Positions 1 to 10,183 of a stretch of DNA of 64,000 nucleotides are shown piece after piece (the first letter of the stretch is position 1; each line of letters starts with the position of its first letter). The notes under the pieces are model-generated. The model saw only the letters and a program-made list of their open reading frames with translations. It searched no databases and was not told the DNA's origin. This stretch comes from an uncultured Gammaproteobacteria bacterium. GTDB taxonomy: Bacteria > Patescibacteriota > Microgenomatia > Levybacterales > UBA12049. Location: contig CAZEJU010000005.1 of NCBI GenBank assembly GCA_964512695.1, forward strand, positions 5,668 through 69,667, in the 5' to 3' direction. The position numbers and the translations under genes are program-made.

Positions 1-130
1 CGGAACAAACAGATTGAACTATAGTGCCCCCAGTGGCTTGCTGACGAAGATCTTGTTGCTGACGAAGTAATAAGATAGTAACAACCATCCCTAATACAAG
101 GATAATGCCAAAAAGCACTTTTCGTGACAT
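1..130 (-). CDS. 5'-partial (runs off window start) secreted/anchored protein; N-terminus MSRKVLFGIILVLGMVVTILLLRQQQDLRQQAT is paralogous to the N-terminus of the 205..1086 protein
   Basis: Hand translation of rc(1..130): ATG at 130..128, hydrophobic helix, then the QQQDLRQQA motif shared with the ORFs at 1086 and 47517. No stop before the window edge. Confidence 0.35.
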   Translation of the reverse strand, partial: MSRKVLFGIILVLGMVVTILLLRQQQDLRQQATGGTIVQSVCS

Positions 131-204
131 GGTAAACATATTCTTTTGATTCTCTGACTGTTGCGTATTAGTTTTATTATTCCGTAATGCTTCTTCCATA
201 GGAT

Positions 205-1086
205 TTATTCACAGAATGGACACTCTACTTTTACATTTAATACTCTTTCTGGAACTGGACAACTTGATATGCTTGGTGTCGGAAATACTCTCGTCGGCTC
301 TGGCGTCTCAGTTGGTCTCGGCGTCGGAGTGTTCGTCGGCTCTGGCGTCATAGTGGGTGTCGCAGATGGACCTCTGGTCGGTGTTAATGTCGGACGAGGT
401 GTTAAAGTTGCTGTAGGTCGCGGGGTAAGAGTACTAGTCGGCCGTGGTGTCGGCGTGTTTGTCAGTCGAGGTGTCGGTGTATTCGAGGGTCTTGGGGTGG
501 GAGTGGGAGTTGGACCACTGCCTATCGGTAATGATGGAGTTGGAGTGCGTGTCGGTATTAAGGTCGGTGTGCTAGTCGGCCTCGGAGTAGGGGTAACAGT
601 TGGTCTGGGTGTGGGTGTATTTGTAGGAAATACCCGTGGAGGTTCTTCGGGTATTGGTGTAGCGGTAGGAAAAGGTTCTACTTTGGGAGTGGCGTAATTA
701 CAAGAGCGTGTCGAACCATCATAACAATTATTGGCAGGAAATATGAATCCAGGTTCACCCATACATTTCGGACATGGTTTATTATGCATTGTTAAACCAA
801 GACACTCCATCCCATAACCATAAAATCCCCTTGATGGATCCGGTGTTCCAAAGACCCTATCTATATCTTCTTTTGTTATATCTGTATATCCGGCAGAAGA
901 TTTTATTTGAGGCTTTGCATTGTCACATACCCAATCTGATGGAACATTAGAGGCACTCTGACGTAAATCTTGGTTTTGTTTTACCAGAAGTAATGTAATA
1001 GGAATACCGACAAGGAGTACTACGATTATTCCAAGTAATGAAGGATTTTGTCTGAGGTGAATAAGAAACGCTTTCAATTTTTCCAT
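205..1086 (-). CDS. Secreted/membrane-anchored protein with an N-terminal signal anchor, a Cys-containing domain and a long Pro/Thr-rich (TPTPRPT)n repeat linker
   Basis: 293-aa ORF. N-terminal hydrophobic segment followed by VKQNQDLRQSAS, then tandem TPTPRPT-type repeats over ~140 aa, and a Cys-rich C-terminus (CPVPERVLNVKVECPFCE). Confidence 0.6.
   Translation of the reverse strand: MEKLKAFLIHLRQNPSLLGIIVVLLVGIPITLLLVKQNQDLRQSASNVPSDWVCDNAKPQIKSSAGYTDITKEDIDRVFGTPDPSRGFYGYGMECLGLTMHNKPCPKCMGEPGFIFPANNCYDGSTRSCNYATPKVEPFPTATPIPEEPPRVFPTNTPTPRPTVTPTPRPTSTPTLIPTRTPTPSLPIGSGPTPTPTPRPSNTPTPRLTNTPTPRPTSTLTPRPTATLTPRPTLTPTRGPSATPTMTPEPTNTPTPRPTETPEPTRVFPTPSISSCPVPERVLNVKVECPFCE
269..700. repeat. 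Tandem nucleotide repeats encoding the Pro-Thr-rich linker (PTPRPT-type) of the 205..1086 protein
   Basis: Repetitive ggtgtcgg/ggcgtcgg-like units seen on the + strand. The protein shows (T)PTPRPT repeated more than 12 times. Confidence 0.6.
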
Positions 1087-1148
1087 AGAAAAAACTAGCT
1101 ATTTCTACTATAGATGTATTTTTCACAAAAATGCAAGAGCAGTTTGCA

Positions 1149-1454
1149 CTATAGTTTCGAGGGAGATTCGTTTCTAAGTTTTAGCTGGGAAAAAAATAAT
1201 GCAGGAATAATTGCTAATAAGGCAAAACAGGCAGAAACATAAAAAGCCACCATTACGCTAAAAGTATCTGAAATTACCCCTAATAGAATTGGTGAAACGG
1301 TTGTAGCGATATTGGTAAAAAAAGAATGTACGCCAAATGCTTTCTCATGGTTATCTTCATTCTCAAGAGACTGTGATACTAGAGTTTGAGCTACAGGGAT
1401 AGTACCCTTAGTGAGTACTCCTAATACAGTTGAAACTACTATAATTACAGGCAT
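1149..1454 (-). pseudogene. C-terminal remnant of an MFS-type transporter (about 3 TM helices), apparently 5'-truncated
   Basis: 101-aa ORF of hydrophobic helices (SFFTNIATTVSPILLGVISD...). Only 40 bp separate it from the upstream prfB stop, so there is no room for the N-terminal 9 or more TM helices. Confidence 0.35.
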
Positions 1455-1494
1455 TGCTGAAACAAAATATTAAGAAGTAAAAGATTAGCCTTCA

Positions 1495-2502
1495 TTATGA
1501 TAATTGTCGAAGTTCTTCTTCGATAAACATATCAAGCTCCCCATCTAAAATAGAATCCGGATTTGAAGATTCGACATCAGTTCGTAAGTCCTTGACCATT
1601 TTATAAGGATGGAGAACATATGATCGAATTTGGTTACCCCAACCAGGAGTTTTATAACCCCCTTTTAGTGCAGCTTCCTGTTTTTTCCTTTCTTCCTCTT
1701 TTAAAGCCCATAATTTCGCTCTCAACATTTTCATCGCATACTCTCGATTTTGAATCTGGTAACGTTGGGTTTGGGCCGTAACGACGATACCTGTAGGCTT
1801 ATGTTTTAATCTAACTGCTGTGGAAACTTTATTAACATTTTGTCCACCATGGCCACCTGAGCGAAACGCTTCAAACTCGATATCATCATCTTTTAGTTCT
1901 ATATCTGCGTTTCCTTCTATTTGGGGCATAACTTCAACTAATGCAAATGATGTTTGACGAAGCTTATCTGCATTAAAAGGTGACTGACGAACAAGTCTGT
2001 GAACACCAGCTTCATGTTTTAAATATCCATATGCGTATATCCCATTTACTGAAAGTGTAATACTTTTTATACCAGCCTCATCTCCAGGAGTTTCATCCAA
2101 AACATCAAATCCCCAACCTTTCTTCTCAAAATACCGCGTATACATTCTATACAACATTTCAGTCCAATCCATTGCTTCTGTTCCACCCTGTCCCGCGTGA
2201 ATTGCTAAAAGAGCATTTGCCTTATCATGGCTACCTGAAAAAAATAATAAAAGTTCTAATTTTCTAACAAGCTGTTCTGCTTCAGACAGCTCTCCTTCGT
2301 CTAACCATAACTGTAACAATTCTACCTCTTCAACTTCTTTTTGCAGCTGGGACATATCTTTCATATATTCTGCTGCACGTCTATGATCAGACCAGAAGTC
2401 AGGTTTCATACTCTCAGCTTCGATCTCACGAATCTTTTTCTTTTTTTCGTCAACTTGAACTTTTTCAAATACTTTTTGTGCTCTTATTCTTAACTCTTCC
2501 AT
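1495..2502 (-). CDS. prfB: Peptide chain release factor 2
   Basis: GGQ motif ([18 protein letters not shown]) and the RF2-specific SPF tripeptide ([15 protein letters not shown]). It is a continuous 335-aa ORF with no programmed +1 frameshift site. Confidence 0.9.
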   Translation of the reverse strand: MEELRIRAQKVFEKVQVDEKKKKIREIEAESMKPDFWSDHRRAAEYMKDMSQLQKEVEEVELLQLWLDEGELSEAEQLVRKLELLLFFSGSHDKANALLAIHAGQGGTEAMDWTEMLYRMYTRYFEKKGWGFDVLDETPGDEAGIKSITLSVNGIYAYGYLKHEAGVHRLVRQSPFNADKLRQTSFALVEVMPQIEGNADIELKDDDIEFEAFRSGGHGGQNVNKVSTAVRLKHKPTGIVVTAQTQRYQIQNREYAMKMLRAKLWALKEEERKKQEAALKGGYKTPGWGNQIRSYVLHPYKMVKDLRTDVESSNPDSILDGELDMFIEEELRQLS

Positions 2503-2503
2503 A

Positions 2504-2911
2504 CTATCTTTCTAATAGTGAATTTATCTCACTAATTACATACTCTTTTATACCATTTACATCTTTTGCGATTTTAGCTGTCCTACTAAATCCATAAACG
2601 ACATCACCAATTTTAATATCTGATATTTTTTCTTTTGCTTGTAATGCATAATGGTGGATATCTTTTTTTATTTCTTTTTCGAAATTTGTTTGCGCACCTG
2701 CTACCGCTTTTTTTGATGTAAAAAACTGTGAGGCAATAACAGACCTAATAACATCCGCATATTGTACCACGAAGTATATGAGTGCAAAAAAAATAACAAG
2801 CAAGAATACCCGACATATAAAAAAAAACTTTTCCATGTAGTATAAAGATAACAAATTAAAAAGAGTGAGTAAACGCAGAACTAATTTCTGCCTTAAACGG
2901 CTAGGGTACAA
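2504..2911 (-). CDS. Hypothetical small membrane protein, co-directional and adjacent to prfB
   Basis: 135-aa ORF with one strongly hydrophobic N-terminal helix. Its start codon lies 1 nt from the prfB stop. Confidence 0.45.
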   Translation of the reverse strand: MYPSRLRQKLVLRLLTLFNLLSLYYMEKFFFICRVFLLVIFFALIYFVVQYADVIRSVIASQFFTSKKAVAGAQTNFEKEIKKDIHHYALQAKEKISDIKIGDVVYGFSRTAKIAKDVNGIKEYVISEINSLLER

Positions 2912-2938
2912 AACCCAAAAATAAAAAAGCGTATATTA

Positions 2939-3937
2939 TTACACCGTATTTATTGGAGAGTTTTGAAGAAAGTTAGTGATATTTTCTGCCGTGACTTTAA
3001 GAATAGTCTGCAGTGCTTCTTCACTGTTAAAAGCATTGTGAGGTGTAACGAGTACATTCTCTTTCTGGAGTAAAACGTGATTAAATAATTGTGTTCGAAG
3101 ATCACACTCTTGTATAAAAGATCCAGATAGTAATTGTCGTTCCTCTTTTATACCACACTCTTCTTCGAGAACATCTAGCCCTACAGCTTTTAATAGTCCT
3201 TTCTCTAAACTTATTAAAATAGCTTCTGTCTCTATTAGACCTCCACGCGCTGTGTTAATTAGTACACTTCCTTTTTTAAATTTATTAATATTCTTTTTAT
3301 TAATTAAATGATGGGTTTCTTTTGAATAGGGGACATGCAAACTCACAACATCGGAGATAGAAAGTAATTCGGGAAGATTGAGGAACGTTATACCGAGCCT
3401 TTTCGCCAGTTCTTCATCAGGATGACGAGTATAGGAAACTACTCGCATACCAAATCCTTTAGCAATTTTTATAACTTCTTTTCCTATGTGGCCTATCCCT
3501 ATAACGCCCATTGTCTTTCCATGTAAATCAAATCCCCGTAATCCCTCCAACTCAAAATTTCCTCTTCTAGTCCTTTCTATAGAGAATATAAGTTTACGGG
3601 ACAAAGCCAGAAGTAACGCGAACGTATGTTCTGCTACCGTGTTTGCTCCATATGTCGGAATATTGCAAACTGTTATTCCTTTTCTCTTACAATATTCAAT
3701 ATCGATATGATCATAACCAGTCGATCTCGTAACTATTAATTTTAGCTGAGGCATTTTTTCGATAATTGCTGCAGGAAGAGGTGAGTAAATAAACACTGAG
3801 AGAACATCAACATCATGTAGATTCTGAATGTCTTTTTCTTCAATGTGTGCTTTCATAAACACAACAGTATGTTCTGAAAAAGTTTTTTGTAAAAAAGGAA
3901 TTTCCCACTCCTCTATTTCGAAGAAAGCGATCTTCAT
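2939..3937 (-). CDS. D-isomer-specific 2-hydroxyacid dehydrogenase (D-lactate/glycerate dehydrogenase family), NAD-binding
   Basis: Rossmann GxGxxG (GVIGIGHIGKEV), the catalytic-domain pattern TRSTGYDHIDIEYCKRKGITVCNIP, and 332 aa in length. Confidence 0.85.
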   Translation of the reverse strand: MKIAFFEIEEWEIPFLQKTFSEHTVVFMKAHIEEKDIQNLHDVDVLSVFIYSPLPAAIIEKMPQLKLIVTRSTGYDHIDIEYCKRKGITVCNIPTYGANTVAEHTFALLLALSRKLIFSIERTRRGNFELEGLRGFDLHGKTMGVIGIGHIGKEVIKIAKGFGMRVVSYTRHPDEELAKRLGITFLNLPELLSISDVVSLHVPYSKETHHLINKKNINKFKKGSVLINTARGGLIETEAILISLEKGLLKAVGLDVLEEECGIKEERQLLSGSFIQECDLRTQLFNHVLLQKENVLVTPHNAFNSEEALQTILKVTAENITNFLQNSPINTV

Positions 3938-4047
3938 AACATATTATGTATGATATTACACCTATATTTGTCAATGATTGGAATAACTATTCTAGCAGAT
4001 ACATTTGTTTCTTTTAATAATTTTATATACAATATGCTTCGTATTCT

Positions 4048-4971
4048 ATGAAGAAACGAGCAAAAGTAGCGATGTTTGGTTGTGGAAGAGTAGGTATAAG
4101 CGCAGCGTATACCATGTATCTTAAAAATATTGCAGGAGAGATTATGCTTTACAGCAGAAACCCTGAAAAGTTAATTGGAGAGCAACTAGATTTTCAGCAC
4201 AGTTTGTCTTTTGTAGGCAATACCGCAGTCACAGTCGCAGAAGATATTGCTGACCTAAAAAATAGTGACATTATCGTATACTCAGCAGGAGTTGCACAGG
4301 AATCAGGAGAAACTCGACTGAATTTAACTACGAAAAACACAGAATTAGTAGAAGCCACTATTCCTGAAATTGTAAAACATGCACCAAACGCGATCATCAT
4401 CATGGTGACTAATCCAGTCGATATTTTAACGTATAAAGCATTTCAAATTGCAGGCATACCTTCTGGGAGACTTTTCGGCAGCGGAACAACACTCGATACT
4501 GCACGTTTTCGATTTCACTTATCGGGAATGCTTCATGTAAACTCGAGAAGTATCCACGCATATATTTTAGGAGAACATGGCGACAGTTCTTTTCCGGCAA
4601 TCTCTAGTGCAAATGTCGGGGGTCAGCCTATTATAACCTTTCCTCATTTCTCAAAAGAAAAAATTTTAGAAGCATATGAGGAAGCAAGAAATGCCGCATA
4701 TAAAATAATTGAAGCAAAAGGCGCCACTTATTATGCTATCGGTGTAGTGATATCTGAGTTAGTATATACCATTCTGCATGATGCTAAAAGAGTCTATCCT
4801 CTATCGATTCCGTTAGAAGGCAAATATGGTTATCACGATGTGGCACTAAGTGTGCCGTGTATTCTTGGAAAAAATGGTGTCGAAAGAATTCTTGAAGTAC
4901 CTTTGTCAGAGGAAGAAAAGAAACAATTTGATCATTCAGTAAAAACGCTGAAACAATACCTCGCAGAATAG
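4048..4971 (+). CDS. ldh: L-lactate dehydrogenase (LDH/MDH superfamily)
   Basis: N-terminal NAD fold (KVAMFGCGRVGISAAY), the substrate-loop/active-site region (GSGTTLDTARFR) and GEHGDS (catalytic His). Confidence 0.8.
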   Translation: MKKRAKVAMFGCGRVGISAAYTMYLKNIAGEIMLYSRNPEKLIGEQLDFQHSLSFVGNTAVTVAEDIADLKNSDIIVYSAGVAQESGETRLNLTTKNTELVEATIPEIVKHAPNAIIIMVTNPVDILTYKAFQIAGIPSGRLFGSGTTLDTARFRFHLSGMLHVNSRSIHAYILGEHGDSSFPAISSANVGGQPIITFPHFSKEKILEAYEEARNAAYKIIEAKGATYYAIGVVISELVYTILHDAKRVYPLSIPLEGKYGYHDVALSVPCILGKNGVERILEVPLSEEEKKQFDHSVKTLKQYLAE

Positions 4972-5613
4972 TTACTTAAGCTCTAAACTTTTCCACAAAT
5001 AACGAGAGGCGATAGATCGATAGGGTTTCCACTTTCCTGCAATAGTATCTATATCAGATTTCGTCGGTTCTGAAGAAAAATTGTACAACTTTTGAATAGC
5101 ACGTTTTAATCCTAAATCTCCATAGGAAAAAATATCAGGTCTACCCATTGTAAAAAGCAGAAACATTTCAGCTGTCCACCTTCCTACTCCCTTTATTTTA
5201 GTTAATTCAGTAATAATCTCTTCATCATTCATCAATGGAAATTTCTCAAAAACTTTGCCGCTTATTAAAGCATACTCAGCAATATTTTTAACATATGAGA
5301 CCTTTGACCATGACAAACCCGCGTCTCTCATTTTTTGAGAATCCATCCTAATGATTGTTTCAGCTGTTAACTCTTCATCCGACGTAAGTGCCTTTAATCG
5401 ACCAAAAATAGTATCAGCAGCCTTTACAGAGAGCTGTTGAGAAACGATTGATTCAACAAGTTCTACAAGATAGTTTTTAGAAAAATGCCATTCTGGTTCT
5501 GGGATTATATTAATGATTTTCCCAAGGACCGGATCAACATTTTTAATATGGTGAATAGCATGTTTTTGCATATCACGACTGATCACATTCATTCTTGCAT
5601 TATACCAGCTCAT
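4972..5613 (-). CDS. HhH-GPD superfamily DNA glycosylase (3-methyladenine glycosylase II / AlkA-like)
   Basis: Helix-hairpin-helix/GPD signature LTKIKGVGRWTAEMFLLFTMGRPDIFSYGDLGLKRAI with the catalytic Asp. Confidence 0.75.
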   Translation of the reverse strand: MSWYNARMNVISRDMQKHAIHHIKNVDPVLGKIINIIPEPEWHFSKNYLVELVESIVSQQLSVKAADTIFGRLKALTSDEELTAETIIRMDSQKMRDAGLSWSKVSYVKNIAEYALISGKVFEKFPLMNDEEIITELTKIKGVGRWTAEMFLLFTMGRPDIFSYGDLGLKRAIQKLYNFSSEPTKSDIDTIAGKWKPYRSIASRYLWKSLELK

Positions 5614-5654
5614 GCATATGGAATCTCAAAGAATGGTACAATAATTTAGCTGCC

Positions 5655-6851
5655 ATGAAAAACCGTGTACCGATAACTAAAACATTAGTTTATAGAATAC
5701 TTTTTCTTTTTTCCTTTGCAATCATCATTAGTGTGATTTTTGTTCAATATCGATCTCTAGAACAAAAGAAGTTCCAAATTTTTTCTTTATCACAAAACGA
5801 GTTAGCTTTAGAGAGACAGATTGCATCAATCAGCGCAGATTTAAAAACAGTTACATCAGAAGATCAATATGTAAAAAACAAAAAACAGGAAGAAGAAATA
5901 AAATTAATTAGTTTAACATATAAAAAGACAGTAAAGGTATATGAAGATTTATTAAAACTGAAAGAAGCAGGAGGAGAAACAGAGAAACTCGATGGGTTAA
6001 TTTCACAGTCTCTTACATATCTCTCTGATAAAAATTATGCATCCGCGGAAGCTGTCTTAACGACACTCGCAAATGATATAAAAAAAGAACAAGATGCTTT
6101 AGCACAAAAAGCTGCATCTTTCACAATTCCTGCAAATATAGTAACTAATAATACCCCTCCAGGAAGTGGATACAGTAGACAAAAAGTCCAAACAGAAATA
6201 GGAGATTTTCTTGTGGATATAATCTCTGCAGATCTAAACTCGACAAAAGTTATTATTGATACTGCTTCTGACGGTACGTGCGCGAATGACTGTCCTGTTC
6301 TATCACTTGCTGACTATGTTAGTCGTTCTGGAGCGTATGCTGGTATTAATGGATCTTATTTCTGTCCAGCAAGTTATCCTAGTTGTGCAGGCAAAACAAA
6401 TTCCTTTGATACCTTACTCATGAATAAAAATAAAATTTATTTTAATTCAGATAATAACGTATACAGCACTGTTCCTGTTGCTGTTTTCGGTAATGGCTGG
6501 GCTCGGTTTATCGGACGATCTTCTGACTGGGGACGAGATACGAGTGTAGATGGGGTTATAGCGAATCAACCACTTCTTTTATCTGGTGGGAATATCGTTT
6601 TCGGCGGTGATGGTGATCCGAAAAAAGGAAGTAAAGGTGCTAGATCATTCGTGGGAAATAAAGGAAGTACTGTTTATATAGGTGTTACGCATAATGCAAC
6701 AGTTGCTGAAAACGCGTATGTTTTAAAAGCTCTAGGGTTAGAAAACGCATTAAATCTTGATAGCGGTGGCTCTACTGCATTGTGGTCAGGTGGATATAAA
6801 GTAGGTCCTGGACGAACTATCCCAAATGCTGTTCTCTTTGTACGAAAATAG
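5655..6851 (+). CDS. Membrane-anchored protein with a coiled-coil region and a C-terminal phosphodiester-glycosidase-like (DUF2233/NAGPA-like) domain (putative)
   Basis: Start chosen at the internal Met (MKNRVPITK), which avoids overlap with the divergent glycosylase gene. There is a TM helix, and the C-terminal motif LNLDSGGSTALWSGGYKVGPGRTIPNAVLF resembles the DGGGSS motif of phosphodiester glycosidases. Confidence 0.45.
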   Translation: MKNRVPITKTLVYRILFLFSFAIIISVIFVQYRSLEQKKFQIFSLSQNELALERQIASISADLKTVTSEDQYVKNKKQEEEIKLISLTYKKTVKVYEDLLKLKEAGGETEKLDGLISQSLTYLSDKNYASAEAVLTTLANDIKKEQDALAQKAASFTIPANIVTNNTPPGSGYSRQKVQTEIGDFLVDIISADLNSTKVIIDTASDGTCANDCPVLSLADYVSRSGAYAGINGSYFCPASYPSCAGKTNSFDTLLMNKNKIYFNSDNNVYSTVPVAVFGNGWARFIGRSSDWGRDTSVDGVIANQPLLLSGGNIVFGGDGDPKKGSKGARSFVGNKGSTVYIGVTHNATVAENAYVLKALGLENALNLDSGGSTALWSGGYKVGPGRTIPNAVLFVRK

Positions 6852-6952
6852 TTATTCCCCAACTGTAACAACCGACACTTAACTATTCTAAAATTGGGTC
6901 AGACAAACACCCTTATAATGAGGGATTGGTTCTGTGTTTGTAAAACATACTT

Positions 6953-8347
6953 ATGTATAATACGAAAAAGATGACGAAGAAAATCGTAGGTACATTTATT
7001 CCACTTTCAGCACTTCCCAAAAATGGCACTATAGAAGACGGTATACAATTTCTTGATTGGCTTGAGAAGATGAAACAAAATGCATGGCAAGTATTACCAC
7101 TACATGAAACTCACTTAGAAAAAGGTTCAAAAACTAAACATGTTCCTTCTCCCTATAAAAGTTATGGAATTGGATTAGATCCTAAATATGGATATAAAAC
7201 TAAATCCCAAATACTTGAGATAAATGATGAATTTATACATTTTGAGAAGGATAATGCATTCTGGTTGTCAGACTATGCATTATTTTGTTCTTTAAGAGAT
7301 TATTTCGGTACTGATTTATGGACACAGTGGGATAAAAGTGCAAAATTCCGAGAACCCAACGCACTGTATAAATGGGAGAAGAAACTTATAACGCAGATAC
7401 AATCTTATAAAGTAACTCAATGGCAGCTACATAAAGAATTTAGTGTTTTACGAACACAAGCGGAAAAGAAAAATATTGCTCTGATCGGTGATTTACCGTT
7501 CTACTTACCATTACAAAGCCCACTTGTATGGGCAAACCAAAATTTATTTGATATTAATCCAGATGGTTCTCTATCAGTAATCTCAGGCGTTGTAAGACGA
7601 GCAGATAGTCCCTATGGACGTCAAATTTGGGGACATCCACTTTATAACTGGCAGGATCTGATCATAACACAGGCTATAACAAAGTTATTTATAAAAAGAA
7701 TAAAATATCTCGCAGGATTATTTGATGTTATTCGTCTAGATGCTATTAATTATCTTTTCAGATATTGTCGTATAAATATTGCAAATGAACACAAAGATAC
7801 CGTACTAAATGGTCCTGGAGAAACTATATTAAAAATAATATTACAAACAGCTAAAGAAAGTAATCTCTCTGTTTTTGCAGAGGATGCCGGAGCAGAACTT
7901 ACGAAGTTACAAAAAGCTCTAAAGGATACAGATATCCCCGGAATAAAAATTTTTCGCTATGCATACAACAATGTACTAGACGCATTTATTGACACATATA
8001 CCAATATTACTGAATATCCGGAAAATAGTTTCGCATATACCACAACACACGATACTGAACCTTTAGTTGTTTGGTTAGCTACCATACCGCACGAGAGGAA
8101 AGTTGAACTTGCAAAGAGAATAGGTGTTCCTTATGAGAAAGAAGACTCTAGACTAGCCAAGCATATACGTAAAGCAATCATACAATCTCCTTCAAAAATA
8201 ACAATCATTCCAATGCAGGATTGGTTGTTAACAAAAGAACGAATTAACATACCTGGAACAGAAAAAGAAGTTAACGATCCAAATTGGCGTTATAAATTAG
8301 CGACACCTATTAGTGAGTTACCAATAATTAATGTTTCTGAAGAGTAG
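6953..8347 (+). CDS. malQ: 4-alpha-glucanotransferase (amylomaltase, GH77)
   Basis: N-terminal GH77 pattern (GTFIPLSALP...FLDWLEKMKQNAWQVLPLHET...PYKSYGIGLDP), IGDLPFYL, catalytic-region RLDAINY, and AEDAGAE. Confidence 0.8.
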   Translation: MYNTKKMTKKIVGTFIPLSALPKNGTIEDGIQFLDWLEKMKQNAWQVLPLHETHLEKGSKTKHVPSPYKSYGIGLDPKYGYKTKSQILEINDEFIHFEKDNAFWLSDYALFCSLRDYFGTDLWTQWDKSAKFREPNALYKWEKKLITQIQSYKVTQWQLHKEFSVLRTQAEKKNIALIGDLPFYLPLQSPLVWANQNLFDINPDGSLSVISGVVRRADSPYGRQIWGHPLYNWQDLIITQAITKLFIKRIKYLAGLFDVIRLDAINYLFRYCRINIANEHKDTVLNGPGETILKIILQTAKESNLSVFAEDAGAELTKLQKALKDTDIPGIKIFRYAYNNVLDAFIDTYTNITEYPENSFAYTTTHDTEPLVVWLATIPHERKVELAKRIGVPYEKEDSRLAKHIRKAIIQSPSKITIIPMQDWLLTKERINIPGTEKEVNDPNWRYKLATPISELPIINVSEE

Positions 8348-10058
8348 TAAGCGTAGGCAGATACATGGTTTCGAAATATTCATATAACATCCGCGTAGTA
8401 CTATATCGTTCTATTACTAATTTTCTTGCATTTACCATGTTCTCAATCCAATCTTCAGATATTCCTGTAACATTTTTACCATAATACAACGGAATAATAT
8501 GTTGCTGAAGTGTTGTAAGTAAACTCTCAGTAATGTCATTGCTATCTATTTGCCATCCTATTTTATAAAGATCGATCTCGTCAACCCATCCATCTCTCGT
8601 ACTCAATGGCAAGACACCGTTTAAACATGCTTTCATACCACTTGTCCCGCATGCTTCAAAACCGACAACTGGTGTATTGAGCCATACATCACATCCTGAA
8701 GTTAAATATTTAGCCTCTTTTAAGCTATAGTTTGGTAAATATACAACATATCCATCAAACCTCGTTACTATCATACGCTGTAATTCCTCAAGCATTTGTG
8801 CCCCTTCTAGATCACTTTCATGTGCAGATCCGGCAATAACAATACGAAGAGGAGCTTTTTTATTCGTAAGTAGTTGGAGTAATCGATCTTGATCTTGAAA
8901 AATAGCTAAAGGACGCTTATAAGCTACCATTCGCCTTGCCCAACCGACAAGTAGATCGTTTTTATCCCATACTTGACCGGTTTTTTTCTGAATTAGATCC
9001 AATAATTCCTTCTTATTCTGCTGATGCTTTCTCCAAAAATTCTCTTTATCTGCTCCACTCAATTCTCCATTTTCAATTCTCAATTTTCCGATCTTATCCC
9101 AATTATGAATATGAATTCCGTTCGTTACTGCTTTCATAGGATACTCTTTCCAGATTTCTTTTGCTTTTTCTGCATGAAGTTTACTAACGGCGTTTGTATG
9201 AGAAGACATGCGGAGAGCTAGTGTCGTCATAGAGAAAATACTTGATTCTTGAATAGTTCCGAATGCAATTATTTCATGAAGAGGTACTTGAACCTCTTTA
9301 GCATAATCTGAAAGTAATGCAGCTACCATATCTGTATTAAACATATCATTCCCCGCTGCGACCAGTGTATGGTTGGTAAAGACGATATGCTGTTTTGCAC
9401 GTTCAATTTCATGAAGAAATGCTGTCTTATACTCACGCATTTCATGATATGCGATCTCTAACGTCAGCAGAGCAGAATGTCCCTCATTCAAATGATATAT
9501 ACTAGGATGGATTTTTAGAGCTTCTAAAAAACGTAACCCCCCAATACCTAATACCATTTCTTGCTTAAATCTTGTTTCTTTATCAACTATATAAAGTCTG
9601 TTCGTTATCTGGCGGTCTTCTGGCGTATTTTCTTCGATATTCGTATCGAGTAAAAGAAAACGTACAGTTTTACCTATTTGTTTTTCCCATGCAGATACTG
9701 TTATATTTCTACCTTGCATCGGAACATGAATAAGAATTGGTTTATTCTCAGTATTTACCACTTTATGGTAACCTATTTCTTCTGGATGTCTTCTCATCGG
9801 GAATTTTAGCATTGTTCCTTCTGAATATAACTCATGACGAAGATATCCTTCATGATAGTATAAACCGACCGCAACAAATGGTATTTCCTGATCAGCTGCT
9901 TCTTTTATAGTATCTCCAGCTAGTATACCTAACCCACCAGCATAAGTAGGTGAGGCATCATCCAGAGCAAACTCAGCACAAAAATATGCAATAGGCCGTT
10001 CCGTTAAACTTTGATAATCTACTGATGATCGGAATTTTTCAAACCAATTTTTAAACAT
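8328..10058 (-). CDS. glgP: Alpha-glucan (glycogen/maltodextrin) phosphorylase, short GT35 type
   Basis: N-terminal IAYFCAEFALDDASPTYAGGLGILAGD and the pyridoxal-phosphate Lys motif EACGTSGMKACLNGV. Confidence 0.85.
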   Translation of the reverse strand: MFKNWFEKFRSSVDYQSLTERPIAYFCAEFALDDASPTYAGGLGILAGDTIKEAADQEIPFVAVGLYYHEGYLRHELYSEGTMLKFPMRRHPEEIGYHKVVNTENKPILIHVPMQGRNITVSAWEKQIGKTVRFLLLDTNIEENTPEDRQITNRLYIVDKETRFKQEMVLGIGGLRFLEALKIHPSIYHLNEGHSALLTLEIAYHEMREYKTAFLHEIERAKQHIVFTNHTLVAAGNDMFNTDMVAALLSDYAKEVQVPLHEIIAFGTIQESSIFSMTTLALRMSSHTNAVSKLHAEKAKEIWKEYPMKAVTNGIHIHNWDKIGKLRIENGELSGADKENFWRKHQQNKKELLDLIQKKTGQVWDKNDLLVGWARRMVAYKRPLAIFQDQDRLLQLLTNKKAPLRIVIAGSAHESDLEGAQMLEELQRMIVTRFDGYVVYLPNYSLKEAKYLTSGCDVWLNTPVVGFEACGTSGMKACLNGVLPLSTRDGWVDEIDLYKIGWQIDSNDITESLLTTLQQHIIPLYYGKNVTGISEDWIENMVNARKLVIERYSTTRMLYEYFETMYLPTLTTLQKH

Positions 10059-10183
10059 GAAAATTATTATAAAGGCTGTAACAGAATACTTCCAGTACCA
10101 TTACTAGTATTTCCTGACCGCCCTGACTAAGCAAGTTATCAATCATAGAGTATACGAAATAAAACTACAGTACTTTTATCTAT

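Noticed and set aside
269-697. 142-aa + strand ORF rich in Gly/Val (GVGVGV...)
   Set aside because: It is the antisense reading of the PT-repeat region of the 205..1086 gene. Its low-complexity shadow frame has no start context.
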